Of a stretch of 26,933 nt of DNA, positions 16,714-25,617 are shown piece by piece; within the stretch, counting starts at the first letter, position 1; each line of letters starts with the position of its first letter. Below the pieces are notes generated by a model. It saw only the letters and a program-made list of their open reading frames with translations, ran no database searches and was not told where the DNA came from. The DNA is from a virus. Taxonomy: Duplodnaviria; Caudoviricetes. Location of the stretch: IMG/VR virus record IMGVR_UViG_3300026546_000016, positions 1-26,933 of that record; one strand, 5' to 3'. Both the position numbers and the translations under genes were made by a program.

Positions 16714-17067
16714 ATGGCAGATAACCAACCGACAAATTGGGAAAAGATTTATGATGAAGAGGAAACAATGCCTGTAGGAACATCTGGGATACACGCACGT
16801 AAGATCTACCTCTTTACTCCTCCAAAGTCCTATCCTACTGGAGGATTTGACCTAGACTTAGAAACTAATTGTGGAGTAACTGGAGATATTCTGCTTTGTC
16901 AGCTTGATCCACAGAATGCAAATTCCAACAAGATTGACAAGTTCAATTACACCACAAAAAGGATGGTCATTCGCAACAGAGCAGACAGGACAGAGGTTGC
17001 TGATGGCACAGACATTTCTGGTATCGACAAGGCAAGACTTACAGTCATTTCGATTGTAAACAAGTAA
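16714..17067 (+). CDS. Small virion protein, probable head decoration protein (paralogue 1)
   Basis: Follows the capsid gene; shares Y.TGGFDL and EVAD.TD.S motifs with the next gene. Confidence 0.65.
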   Translation: MADNQPTNWEKIYDEEETMPVGTSGIHARKIYLFTPPKSYPTGGFDLDLETNCGVTGDILLCQLDPQNANSNKIDKFNYTTKRMVIRNRADRTEVADGTDISGIDKARLTVISIVNK

Positions 17068-17108
17068 ACTAGCCAAAATTGGCATTAAACATAATGGAGA
17101 ATTAAAAG

Positions 17109-17444
17109 ATGGCTACATTAACTGGATATACTAAATTGTTTTCAGACCAAGATTCTATTCGAGATGGTTTCAGTGGTTCAAGTCGTCAGATTTATGGTGC
17201 AGTAGGTGGTGCTTATGCTACAGGTGGATTCGATTTAAATCCTCTTACAGATATGGGTGCAGAAGGTACTATTGCTAGTGTAAAAGCAGAATTTCAAGAT
17301 GGTTCTGGTGCATATTACTGTGCATACGACTACACCAACAAAAAGTTGAAGGTATACGTACACGCTACAGGTGCGGAAGTAGCAGACACAACAGATCTTT
17401 CAGCATTGCATTTTCGTATCGAATCTATTTCATCTTTGGTTTAA
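17109..17444 (+). CDS. Small virion protein, probable head decoration protein (paralogue 2)
   Basis: GGAG SD; YATGGFDL…YDYTNKKLKVY…EVADTTDLS. Confidence 0.65.
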   Translation: MATLTGYTKLFSDQDSIRDGFSGSSRQIYGAVGGAYATGGFDLNPLTDMGAEGTIASVKAEFQDGSGAYYCAYDYTNKKLKVYVHATGAEVADTTDLSALHFRIESISSLV

Positions 17445-17503
17445 TTTAATTTAGAAAATAAGAAAAAGGGTAGTGTTTGGCTACCTTATTTGGAGGCTTT
17501 ATC

Positions 17504-17920
17504 ATGGAATATACAGCAAGACAATTAAATGAGATGACCAACACTGCTCGCTTTTCTGCTTACGAGAAGATTGCTAATGAGTCTTCTTTAACAGAAATTA
17601 TGGAATTACCTCTTAGACATCGAGTCCCTGTCATTGATATGGTACGAGGCAATTATGATGCCAGATACTTCTTAGAACTTACTCCAAAGGGTAAGAAGCA
17701 AGCTAAGAAGGACAAAACTGTTAATATTGAAGGTATTGGACAGACCTCTATTTCTTTTAAAGTATCTTCTCCAAAAGGGTTTAGTGCTAGAAGTGCTGTA
17801 TTCCTTTTAGATCGTTATGGAAAAGAAGGAAGACTTGAAGATTGCAGAGGTTTACTCCAAGAAGTTCAAAAACTTACAGATGAAGAAGAATTTAAACAAC
17901 ATTCTGGTGAGGGTAAGTAA
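17504..17920 (+). CDS. Hypothetical protein in the head-neck region (138 aa)
   Basis: ATG 17504 after GGAGG, preferred over the TTG start at 17477. Confidence 0.75.
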   Translation: MEYTARQLNEMTNTARFSAYEKIANESSLTEIMELPLRHRVPVIDMVRGNYDARYFLELTPKGKKQAKKDKTVNIEGIGQTSISFKVSSPKGFSARSAVFLLDRYGKEGRLEDCRGLLQEVQKLTDEEEFKQHSGEGK

Positions 17921-18625
17921 ATGCTAAAGCAGATTCAAAAGGGTTCAACAGCTTCTATTTCAGCTAGATTACTTTTAGAAAGTGAACCTCAAACAATTAC
18001 ATCTGCTACGGTTGAAATTAGGAATCCTAGTGGGTCTGTTTTAGTTCCTGCTACTTCTACTGGAATTAGTGGATTAGGGACATCAGAAGTAACTTACATT
18101 AGGTCTTGGGATTCTTCGACTTTTCCAAAAGATGTTGGATATAAAGCTGTTTGGTTGTTTACTGTTTCTGGTGTTCAATATTCAAAAGAAACTTTTTTTA
18201 ATGTTGTTCCAAGATTGTTAGTTTCAGATTTAACTGATGAAGATATATTTAAAGAGTATCCTCATATAGAAGATGAAGCACCTACAACAGGATTAAAGGC
18301 ATGGAGAATTGCTTGTTGGGAAGAAATTGTAGCAGGTATTTCCTCTACATTTCAGAATGAAGAAGCTCTTGGACGAATATTTAATCCAGATATATTTCAT
18401 CGTTCTCATTTATATGGCACTCTCCATAAATTTTACTTTCAGAATGCTCATTTTACTTCTACAATGAATGAAGATTGGGACAAATCTGCTTCATTTGGAG
18501 AACTATATAAAGAATCTCTTGGAATAGCTATGCAACAATTAGCTATAGATTATGATGATTCAGGGTTAATGGACAATGAGAATCAAGAACCAAAAGCAGT
18601 TGCTACTGTAGAATGGGGAAGATGA
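17921..18625 (+). CDS. Putative head-tail adaptor with an N-terminal beta-rich (Ig-like) domain
   Basis: Beta-rich N-half (ATVEIRNPSG…GYKAVWLFTV) and helical C-half; assignment from position. Confidence 0.55.
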   Translation: MLKQIQKGSTASISARLLLESEPQTITSATVEIRNPSGSVLVPATSTGISGLGTSEVTYIRSWDSSTFPKDVGYKAVWLFTVSGVQYSKETFFNVVPRLLVSDLTDEDIFKEYPHIEDEAPTTGLKAWRIACWEEIVAGISSTFQNEEALGRIFNPDIFHRSHLYGTLHKFYFQNAHFTSTMNEDWDKSASFGELYKESLGIAMQQLAIDYDDSGLMDNENQEPKAVATVEWGR

Positions 18626-19053
18626 TGTTAGCAGATGTACTTACAGAAATAGATTCGGTCATTATTTCCACTGGATTACATATTACAGTAGATGAAACAG
18701 CTTTGAGAGAAGGTTCTTTGTCCCATGCCTCGAAAGCTAAATTTGAAGATTCTTTTGTAACCTCCATTAGTTCACATAGACCTGTAGAAGAATTTAATTT
18801 ACATGAAGAATGGCATAATTTTACATTAGATCTTGAGGTTGGTGGAACTATATCCAGAGATGGGCGTAAATCTGCTGTAGCTTCTCTGTTAAGTAAAATG
18901 GTGGAAGTTCTGGAAGCATTAGTTAGGCATTCTAATTTTTCTCAGATTAAAGGCGTACAATTAAACGAAGATACAACTTTTAGTTTTCTTGATGGGAACC
19001 GAATCGTTGCTCATACGTCTTTTATTGTGTACTACTATTGGAGGACAACATGA
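18622..19053 (+). CDS. Putative tail terminator / neck protein
   Basis: Size, alternating alpha/beta pattern and position before the tail tube; ATGA overlap. Confidence 0.5.
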   Translation: MMLADVLTEIDSVIISTGLHITVDETALREGSLSHASKAKFEDSFVTSISSHRPVEEFNLHEEWHNFTLDLEVGGTISRDGRKSAVASLLSKMVEVLEALVRHSNFSQIKGVQLNEDTTFSFLDGNRIVAHTSFIVYYYWRTT

Positions 19054-19220
19054 GAACGCAAAGAGGTCAAAATGACCATATAAAAGCAAATGAAGAAGTT
19101 AAAAAAACTGAAGAACATAAAGAAATTAAAGAAGTTAAAACAATTAAAGAACCGAACATCATTGAACCTATAGATGCTCATATTTCTGAAATTAAGCCTA
19201 CCAAGAAGGAGACAAACTAA
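19050..19220 (+). CDS. Small K/E-rich low-complexity protein (56 aa)
   Basis: GGAGG SD, ATGA overlap with the upstream gene and TAATG overlap with the downstream gene. Confidence 0.65.
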   Translation: MRTQRGQNDHIKANEEVKKTEEHKEIKEVKTIKEPNIIEPIDAHISEIKPTKKETN

Positions 19221-20563
19221 TGGCAGGGAATTTAAAACTAAAAAATATCGGTACTCTTTTCTTCTGTCCAGAAGTAACTCAGGGTACGGCTAATTACGAC
19301 AATACTACTACAGCATTGGGGACTTCCACTACAGCTATTGTTGCTGGACTTGGTGGTTCTGACGATATGTTTATCGGTCTCCAGATGTATTTTTATTCAG
19401 GAGCTAATGCTGGAAGATTGGTTACAATTACAGATTATGTTAGTTCAACTGGTACTTTCACATTTACTCCTGCTGATGGTGGTAGTGCTTTAAGTGCTGT
19501 AGCTTCAGGAGAGAAATTCACTCTTGGATCTATTCTTCCAAATGCTGTTCCTACAGTGAATGGTACTACAAAAAGCCTTACTAGAGAATGGGAAAGTGAT
19601 ACTCTGGATAAACCATCTGATTTGGTAGGTCTTTCTGAATCAACAGTTAGTGCAGAAGTTCATATTGGTGGACTTGAAAGCTCTGCTGGTGATGGTATTG
19701 ATGCTCCTGTAGATAGATTCACTAGATTCTTGGAAATGATTGGCGAAGTAGATAGTGGAACTGGCACTAAAATTGCCTCTAATTGGTCTTCTGCTACTTC
19801 TGGTTCTGTTTCTAGTATAGCTGGATTAAGTGTAAATAGTCCAATTATGGTAAACAATGAAGTTGCTATCATTGACACTATTTCTGGAACTACCATTACA
19901 GTACATCCTGCTTTCTCTTCAAATCCTCAAGCAAATGATGTAGTATATGCAGGTCAGACATTTACTCCAGATGACACTGGACATTTAAGTTGTACATTCT
20001 GTCATGTACGAGATGACCAACTCTTTATTGCAACAGGAGTAGTTGGGAACTTCAAGACTTCTGGAGCATTCAACGATCTCTTTAAATTTACCTTTGATGG
20101 ACAAGGTGATGGCTGGGATGTAGAAGATTCTTATTCAGATATTGATGGTATCCAATCTTCAGTAAAACCTATTGCATTAATTTCAGCTAGAGTCCATTTT
20201 GGAGATACTACTCTTTGGTGTAATTCTATGGACTTTGATTTTGGACATGGAATCGAGAATTTAGAAGATTGTAATGCTGGTGTTCAAAAGCTCATTACAA
20301 CTAGAGCATCTGTAGCAAGTGTAACCTTTAGAAATGCTAACAAAACCGCATTAACAACTTGGAACAAAGAGAAAACAAAAGGTACATTGGTCATTCAAGC
20401 AGGTGGTTCTCCAGCAGATTGTGTTGTTCTTTATGGAGATGTCCAAATTGTTTCTGTTGAAGATGCGGATTATGGTGGAGTTAGAGGATATAAAGCATCT
20501 CTTAAATTCTATGACGACAGACAGTCTCTAACAGCTTCTAAGCCTCGTTTAGCTAGATTGTAA
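19220..20563 (+). CDS. Major tail (tube) protein with inserted beta-rich domains
   Basis: Ser/Thr/Gly-rich beta protein; last long gene before the tail chaperone and tape measure; AAGGAG SD. No separate sheath gene is seen. Confidence 0.7.
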   Translation: MAGNLKLKNIGTLFFCPEVTQGTANYDNTTTALGTSTTAIVAGLGGSDDMFIGLQMYFYSGANAGRLVTITDYVSSTGTFTFTPADGGSALSAVASGEKFTLGSILPNAVPTVNGTTKSLTREWESDTLDKPSDLVGLSESTVSAEVHIGGLESSAGDGIDAPVDRFTRFLEMIGEVDSGTGTKIASNWSSATSGSVSSIAGLSVNSPIMVNNEVAIIDTISGTTITVHPAFSSNPQANDVVYAGQTFTPDDTGHLSCTFCHVRDDQLFIATGVVGNFKTSGAFNDLFKFTFDGQGDGWDVEDSYSDIDGIQSSVKPIALISARVHFGDTTLWCNSMDFDFGHGIENLEDCNAGVQKLITTRASVASVTFRNANKTALTTWNKEKTKGTLVIQAGGSPADCVVLYGDVQIVSVEDADYGGVRGYKASLKFYDDRQSLTASKPRLARL

Positions 20564-20626
20564 TATATCTATCCTCCTTCCTTTTAAAACCTCTCTAAAT
20601 CCTTCTATTTACATCTTACATTAATA

Positions 20627-20654
20627 TTCCTCCATTTATGTTCCTCCATTTATG
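20627..20654 (+). repeat. Perfect tandem 14-bp duplication TTCCTCCATTTATG
   Basis: Copies at 20627-20640 and 20641-20654, then a partial TTCC. Confidence 0.85.
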
Positions 20655-20702
20655 TTCCATATCAATGTCTCTCCATTTCTCTTCATAGATATTCTGAATC
20701 CC

Positions 20703-21108
20703 TTTAATATCCAGTTACATTTTTACTTCCTGACCTGTAACCAAAGAATCTTTAATGTAAACACATAGTTACATCTGTTACTAAAAAAGGTTACATTTTG
20801 TGTTTTCTATAGTGTAACCGAAACTCCTTTTCTATTTCAACTACTTATGGAAGAAAGTTACAGAATTACAAAGTTACAGAAGGTCTCCTTATATTACTCT
20901 AATTCCATACGCTATTCTATACAACTTCTATTCTATGTATTATTCTACTATATATATATCTATTTTAATGTAACTTGTAACTTTATATATTAAGTATTTA
21001 ATCTTATTATGTTTTTCTGGTTACATCTACTGTAACTTTTTTGTAACTGTTACATTTTTTGTAACCCATTATTGTAACCTCTTTTCTAAGTTAGCAAGCT
21101 GGAGATAT
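20703..21108 (-). repeat. GTTAC/GTAAC iteron array, copy B (inverted, diverged homologue of 3467-3895)
   Basis: Reverse complement of 21029-21066 is identical to 3502-3539 (38 bp). Reverse complement of 20960-20987 is identical to 3581-3608 (28 bp). About 16 GTWAC motifs. Confidence 0.9.
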
Positions 21109-21207
21109 TTTTGATTGTTGAACCGCACAAAATAATAGTGTAAAACGTATATAGTAGGAAGAATTAATGTTTCCAGTAAATGTACAACTAGATATGAGGA
21201 AAGAAAA

Positions 21208-21732
21208 ATGGCTACATTCAAAGATTCAGCAAGACTTGAAAAATTACCTTTCACATTTGTTTCTATTCATGATGCTATTGAATGGGACAAGATGGATATA
21301 TCGAAAGAAGAGTATATCCAAGATAGAGACAATTTAGTAGGAAAAGTTGTTGGAGATGTAATTAAATTTACTCTTCACTATCCTACAAAATCCGAGTTAC
21401 TATATGCTTTTGGTAAATCTGGAGCATCATTCAACAAAGATGGTGAAATGGTATTCGGTAAAATAGATGGATTAGATTCCACTGCTACAGCCTTATTAGC
21501 AATGACAGATCAAGCTATTGAATTAGCTACCCTTTGTATTGAGAAGATTGAGAATTTAAATGATTGTCCAAAGAATATACATGATACCCCTATTCGCAAG
21601 CATTTAAAAAAGATTAAGAAAGACTTTCACAATAAGAAGAAAGAGTATTTTATTCCAAATGTTGTTTTAGAAGAAATAGGTACTCATTTGTTAGTTGGAT
21701 CGAAGGTCTCTGAAGAGGAAAAAAAGCAGTAA
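21208..21732 (+). CDS. Tail assembly chaperone (gpG-like)
   Basis: Between tail tube and tape measure; GAGG SD; ends GAA AAA AAG CAG TAA with a slippery heptamer. Confidence 0.8.
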   Translation: MATFKDSARLEKLPFTFVSIHDAIEWDKMDISKEEYIQDRDNLVGKVVGDVIKFTLHYPTKSELLYAFGKSGASFNKDGEMVFGKIDGLDSTATALLAMTDQAIELATLCIEKIENLNDCPKNIHDTPIRKHLKKIKKDFHNKKKEYFIPNVVLEEIGTHLLVGSKVSEEEKKQ

Positions 21733-22103
21733 ATGCTGTTGCATATTGGTCTGATGCTTCTTCTACGCTAGGGTATTCAAACAACTGTGAAGCTTGTGAG
21801 AAGAACCCTGAATTAAAAGACTTCTGGGGATGTGAAAAAGATTCAGTTGGTTCAAGAAAATATGGAGATCCTATGGTTTATATTCTTGGATCTGAAACAA
21901 CCTCCAGATGTCCAATAGCTTTAATGAAAAACATAAACCTAGCAATGGATCTATATAATGACAAAGAACAAGGTCATTTACCTAATGGAGAAGGACTCAA
22001 TAGTGAAACAGCATATTTTAGGTTTATTATGCCATATATTAAATCTAAGAGTAATGAAGCTAGTAATGTCATTATGAAGAAACGAAATAGAGAAGTAGAA
22101 TAA
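21208..22103 (+). CDS. Frameshifted long form of the tail assembly chaperone (gpGT-like, ~298 aa)
   Basis: The -1 frame from 21726 reads AVNAVAYWSDASSTLGYSNNCEACEKNPELKDFWGCEKDSVGSRKYGDP and joins the track ORF 21873-22103 in frame. Confidence 0.8.
21720..21726 (+). promoter_or_regulatory. Programmed -1 ribosomal frameshift site A_AAA_AAG
   Basis: In-frame X_XXY_YYZ heptamer; the -1 frame stays open to 22103. Confidence 0.85.
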
Positions 22104-22139
22104 TATGTCAACTTTTTACCTAATTAGAGGAAGCACAAA

Positions 22140-24809
22140 ATGTCCAAGTTTAACACCAAAGAATTAAGCATTGAAATAGATACCAATTTAGACATGAAAG
22201 GTGTAGAAAAGGACACAGAAAAACTAGCTTCTACTGTTTCAAATAAAATGAAGAAAATAGGTGAAGGTTTTGCCACATTCGGACTAGCAATGAATGGCAT
22301 TAGTATGGGGATTGGTTTAGTCACAAAAGCTTTTGACTCTTTACTAGGTGTGTTTGGAGATATGCACGCAAGGATGGACGAACTTCATCAAGCAGACTTA
22401 TTTGGAGTATCTTTGGAATCTGCTAAAAAGCTACAAAGTACACTGTCTGATGTCAAAACAACATTTGGAGCATTAAAACTTTTAACCGAATTAAAGATGG
22501 GTGGATTCAACGACAAACAAGCACAAAACTTTGGAGGTATGATTAATGCAATAGCCGCTTTAACAGGTGAAGGTAAAGATGTTATTGAGAAGGGTTTAAA
22601 GGTAGGAAATATAACAGAAACTCAGTTAAGAGCTATTGGAAAAACACAAACAGATGTACAACTTTTATTTCAACAAGAATCGAATAAATTAGGAGGTCGT
22701 TCATTAGATGCACTAGAGAAAGCTAGAGTTTTAACAAGAGCATGGGGTCAAGAATTAACAAATGCTGACCAAGCTCTTGGAAGGTTAGGTCAATCTAATC
22801 CATTCGATGATTTGAAAATGAGTTTAAAAGGGGTTTATGAAGAATTGTTTACTCAATTTACACCTGCATTAAGAGAAATGAGCGATTGGGTTAGAAAGAA
22901 TAAAGGAGAGATTGTAGTTTTTGCTAAAACATCTGCTCTTTTAATTTTTCAACTATTTAAAGGTTTATTTATCTCCATTAAAAGTGCTTTCAATTTTATT
23001 GACAAGTGGTTTCAACACTTTGAAAATACGGCAAATAAAACAAGTGGTATAGTAAAGAAAATAGTGAGGGTGTCTCTTGCTGTATCAACATTAGGAATAT
23101 CGGAAGTAATAGGACATCAAATAAAAACAGTAAATGGTTGGAGGAAAGCCGCAAAAACAGTCGCAAAAGACTTCGATAAGAGTCTAGCTGATGTACTAAA
23201 AAAAGAAATGGTTGTAGCTAAGAAAAGTGAAAAATTTAAAAAAGCATGGGCTAAAAAAGTAGCTAAATCAAGACGAACTAGAGCTGTACAGCAAGCAAAA
23301 TTAGAAGCCGCTCAAGAGACTGGAGCTAGAATTAAAGCCGCTAGAACCGCATTGAGAAACTATGAAGAAACATCATTCGATTTCATTGCTCGTTTAGGGG
23401 CAAAAGGAGCATCTCAACTGGTAGCTGGAGCAAAGCAGACTATCACATTATACAAACAGTTTGCATCTCAAGACTCCAAGTTTATGGAAAGAAAAGGGAA
23501 AGCTTATGCCCTTATGACATTAGCATTAAAAGGTGGTCAATCAGCCGCTGACAAATTACTAGCTTCAGAAAAACAGAAGATTAATATGTTGAAAGCTGGT
23601 TTGTCTCTTATTCCAGCACAAGTTAAACAATCTCAGATATTAAACATTAGATTAAATGAAAGAAAACAAACAAATGCGGCTCTATTAACTATTAGTCTTG
23701 CAATAAAAGCATTGGAAAAATCAAAAATACCTATCGCAGATAAAATGTTAGTCAGGATGATTGCATTTAAGAAAGAGATGTTAGAGCAAAGGGACTTAAA
23801 TAGAGAATTAGTAAAGATTCGATTAGCTTCTTTGAAAATAGAAGAGAAATACTTCCTAAAAAAACAAGCATTAAAGAATACAGCCGCTCAGCTTGCAGAA
23901 GAAAATAAGCTGTTAGGTTTAAGACGTAATTTAGCCATGTTACGAGGTAAAGAAGAAAAGTCCAAATATGACCCAGCAAAGAACATATTACTAAAAGCTA
24001 ATACACAAATACAAGCATTGAAGCTTCAGATTAAGTCTCTATCAAATATGGCTGGAGAAATGACTGAAAAGATTAATGCTAAAGTAATTCAAGGTAAAAG
24101 TAAAGAGATGATGGAAGGACAAATTAAATCCATCAATATCATTCTAGCAAAAAAACGAGAAGAAATAGGGTTAATTAATGAAACTACAAAGGTTCAAATA
24201 GCTAATATATCAACTATTGGAACATTTATGCAATCTGTCATTAAGAAGACTCAAAATATGACCCAGACTCTTGGACAGACATTATATGCTTCTTTTCAAA
24301 GTGGTTTATCAGGGATAGGTGGAATAATTTCATCTACTATGGAAATGTTAGTTACTGGAGTTGACAATGTAGGAGCAACAGTAGGTAAAATGTTCCTAGA
24401 TGTATTAGCTTCTGCGGCTTCCCAATTAGGTGCTTATTTCATAGCGGCTGGTGCGGCTCAGATGTTTATTCCCCCATATACAGGGGCTGGTGCAATAGCT
24501 GGTGGTACTGCTTTACTAGCACTAGCTGGAGCTTTAAAAGGTGTTGGGTCTTTACTAACAGCACCTTCAACTGCTCCAACTTCTGCAAATGCTGGAAAAA
24601 CAATAGCTCCTCCAGTTACTCATACTCAAATACCAAATCAGAAGAGTAATGAAAGAGGAAATACAACATTTTTCTTTGCTACTTCTCCTGTAGGATTTTT
24701 GGCGATGGATGAAAGAGAAACTGCACGAAAATTGAAGGGTTTTGTTAAAAAGATGGGAAGAGATGGAATTGATATTTTACCTCAAAAAATGAATGCTAGG
24801 AGAATATAA
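22140..24809 (+). CDS. Tape measure protein
   Basis: 889 aa, helical and Ala/Lys-rich with hydrophobic Gly/Ala segments; follows the frameshifted chaperone. Confidence 0.85.
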   Translation: MSKFNTKELSIEIDTNLDMKGVEKDTEKLASTVSNKMKKIGEGFATFGLAMNGISMGIGLVTKAFDSLLGVFGDMHARMDELHQADLFGVSLESAKKLQSTLSDVKTTFGALKLLTELKMGGFNDKQAQNFGGMINAIAALTGEGKDVIEKGLKVGNITETQLRAIGKTQTDVQLLFQQESNKLGGRSLDALEKARVLTRAWGQELTNADQALGRLGQSNPFDDLKMSLKGVYEELFTQFTPALREMSDWVRKNKGEIVVFAKTSALLIFQLFKGLFISIKSAFNFIDKWFQHFENTANKTSGIVKKIVRVSLAVSTLGISEVIGHQIKTVNGWRKAAKTVAKDFDKSLADVLKKEMVVAKKSEKFKKAWAKKVAKSRRTRAVQQAKLEAAQETGARIKAARTALRNYEETSFDFIARLGAKGASQLVAGAKQTITLYKQFASQDSKFMERKGKAYALMTLALKGGQSAADKLLASEKQKINMLKAGLSLIPAQVKQSQILNIRLNERKQTNAALLTISLAIKALEKSKIPIADKMLVRMIAFKKEMLEQRDLNRELVKIRLASLKIEEKYFLKKQALKNTAAQLAEENKLLGLRRNLAMLRGKEEKSKYDPAKNILLKANTQIQALKLQIKSLSNMAGEMTEKINAKVIQGKSKEMMEGQIKSINIILAKKREEIGLINETTKVQIANISTIGTFMQSVIKKTQNMTQTLGQTLYASFQSGLSGIGGIISSTMEMLVTGVDNVGATVGKMFLDVLASAASQLGAYFIAAGAAQMFIPPYTGAGAIAGGTALLALAGALKGVGSLLTAPSTAPTSANAGKTIAPPVTHTQIPNQKSNERGNTTFFFATSPVGFLAMDERETARKLKGFVKKMGRDGIDILPQKMNARRI

Positions 24810-24811
24810 AA

Positions 24812-25615
24812 ATGCCACTTCATACAAGACCAATTCTTTTAGGGAAATTACAGATAGATTCAATGAACAATAAAATAGATTGGAAAGAAACAGATTTAAC
24901 AACATCATACGATCTAAGCACAACCGTTTCTGTTATGACCGAATATGGACATACTATATTAGATGCTATTGTTTCAGCAATGACTTCTAAATCAACCGCT
25001 AGTGGACTTGGAATTACATATTCTTGGTCTTTTGAGACTAATGGAAAGGTTACTATTGAAGCAGATTCTAATATGTTCTATTTAAAATTAACAACATCTG
25101 AAACATCAAAGATATTAACAGGTGGAGATGGATTTGTTGGATCTCAAGGTTCAGAATCATTTGGATTTACTATTCAATCGGCTTATCCAGCATACAATAC
25201 ATCTTTTCAAGGAGATGACCAAATAGCTCATAGTTTCTTCCCTAACTATCCTCCTGCTACAGATAGTGGAAATCAATATGAATTTACTACTGCAACTGGA
25301 AGAACTATTGGTGGACAAACAACTACCTATTTATTTTCAGAAACCAACTTCTCTGCTTTAGAAAATGTCTCAAAGAAAACACTAGGTTTTAGGAGAATGA
25401 ATGAGGAAGCTTACAACTCCTATATTAAGTATTTTCTACCTTATGCTTTACAAGGAAACCCTAATGGGATCTTTGCATATATTGAAGATTCAACTGTTTT
25501 AAGTAGTTACGAAGAAAGATATTTATTTGAAAATTCTTTAACTGCATTTACTCCAACTAGAACAAATGATTTAGTATCATGGAGCTTTGATATTACCTCT
25601 ATTCCAAAGGTGTAA
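24812..25615 (+). CDS. Tail protein (distal-tail position)
   Basis: Immediately after the tape measure; Ser/Thr-rich; AGGAG SD. Confidence 0.6.
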   Translation: MPLHTRPILLGKLQIDSMNNKIDWKETDLTTSYDLSTTVSVMTEYGHTILDAIVSAMTSKSTASGLGITYSWSFETNGKVTIEADSNMFYLKLTTSETSKILTGGDGFVGSQGSESFGFTIQSAYPAYNTSFQGDDQIAHSFFPNYPPATDSGNQYEFTTATGRTIGGQTTTYLFSETNFSALENVSKKTLGFRRMNEEAYNSYIKYFLPYALQGNPNGIFAYIEDSTVLSSYEERYLFENSLTAFTPTRTNDLVSWSFDITSIPKV

Positions 25616-25617
25616 AA

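Noticed and set aside
16583-16794. ORFs on both strands across the capsid terminator
   Set aside because: Low-complexity translations of the terminator and its T-tracts.
21069-21254. 61-aa minus-strand ORF
   Set aside because: Antisense to the chaperone start, ends in iteron copy B, and has no SD.
13114-23979. Remaining short minus-strand ORFs within structural genes
   Set aside because: All are antisense to long, motif-supported + strand genes.
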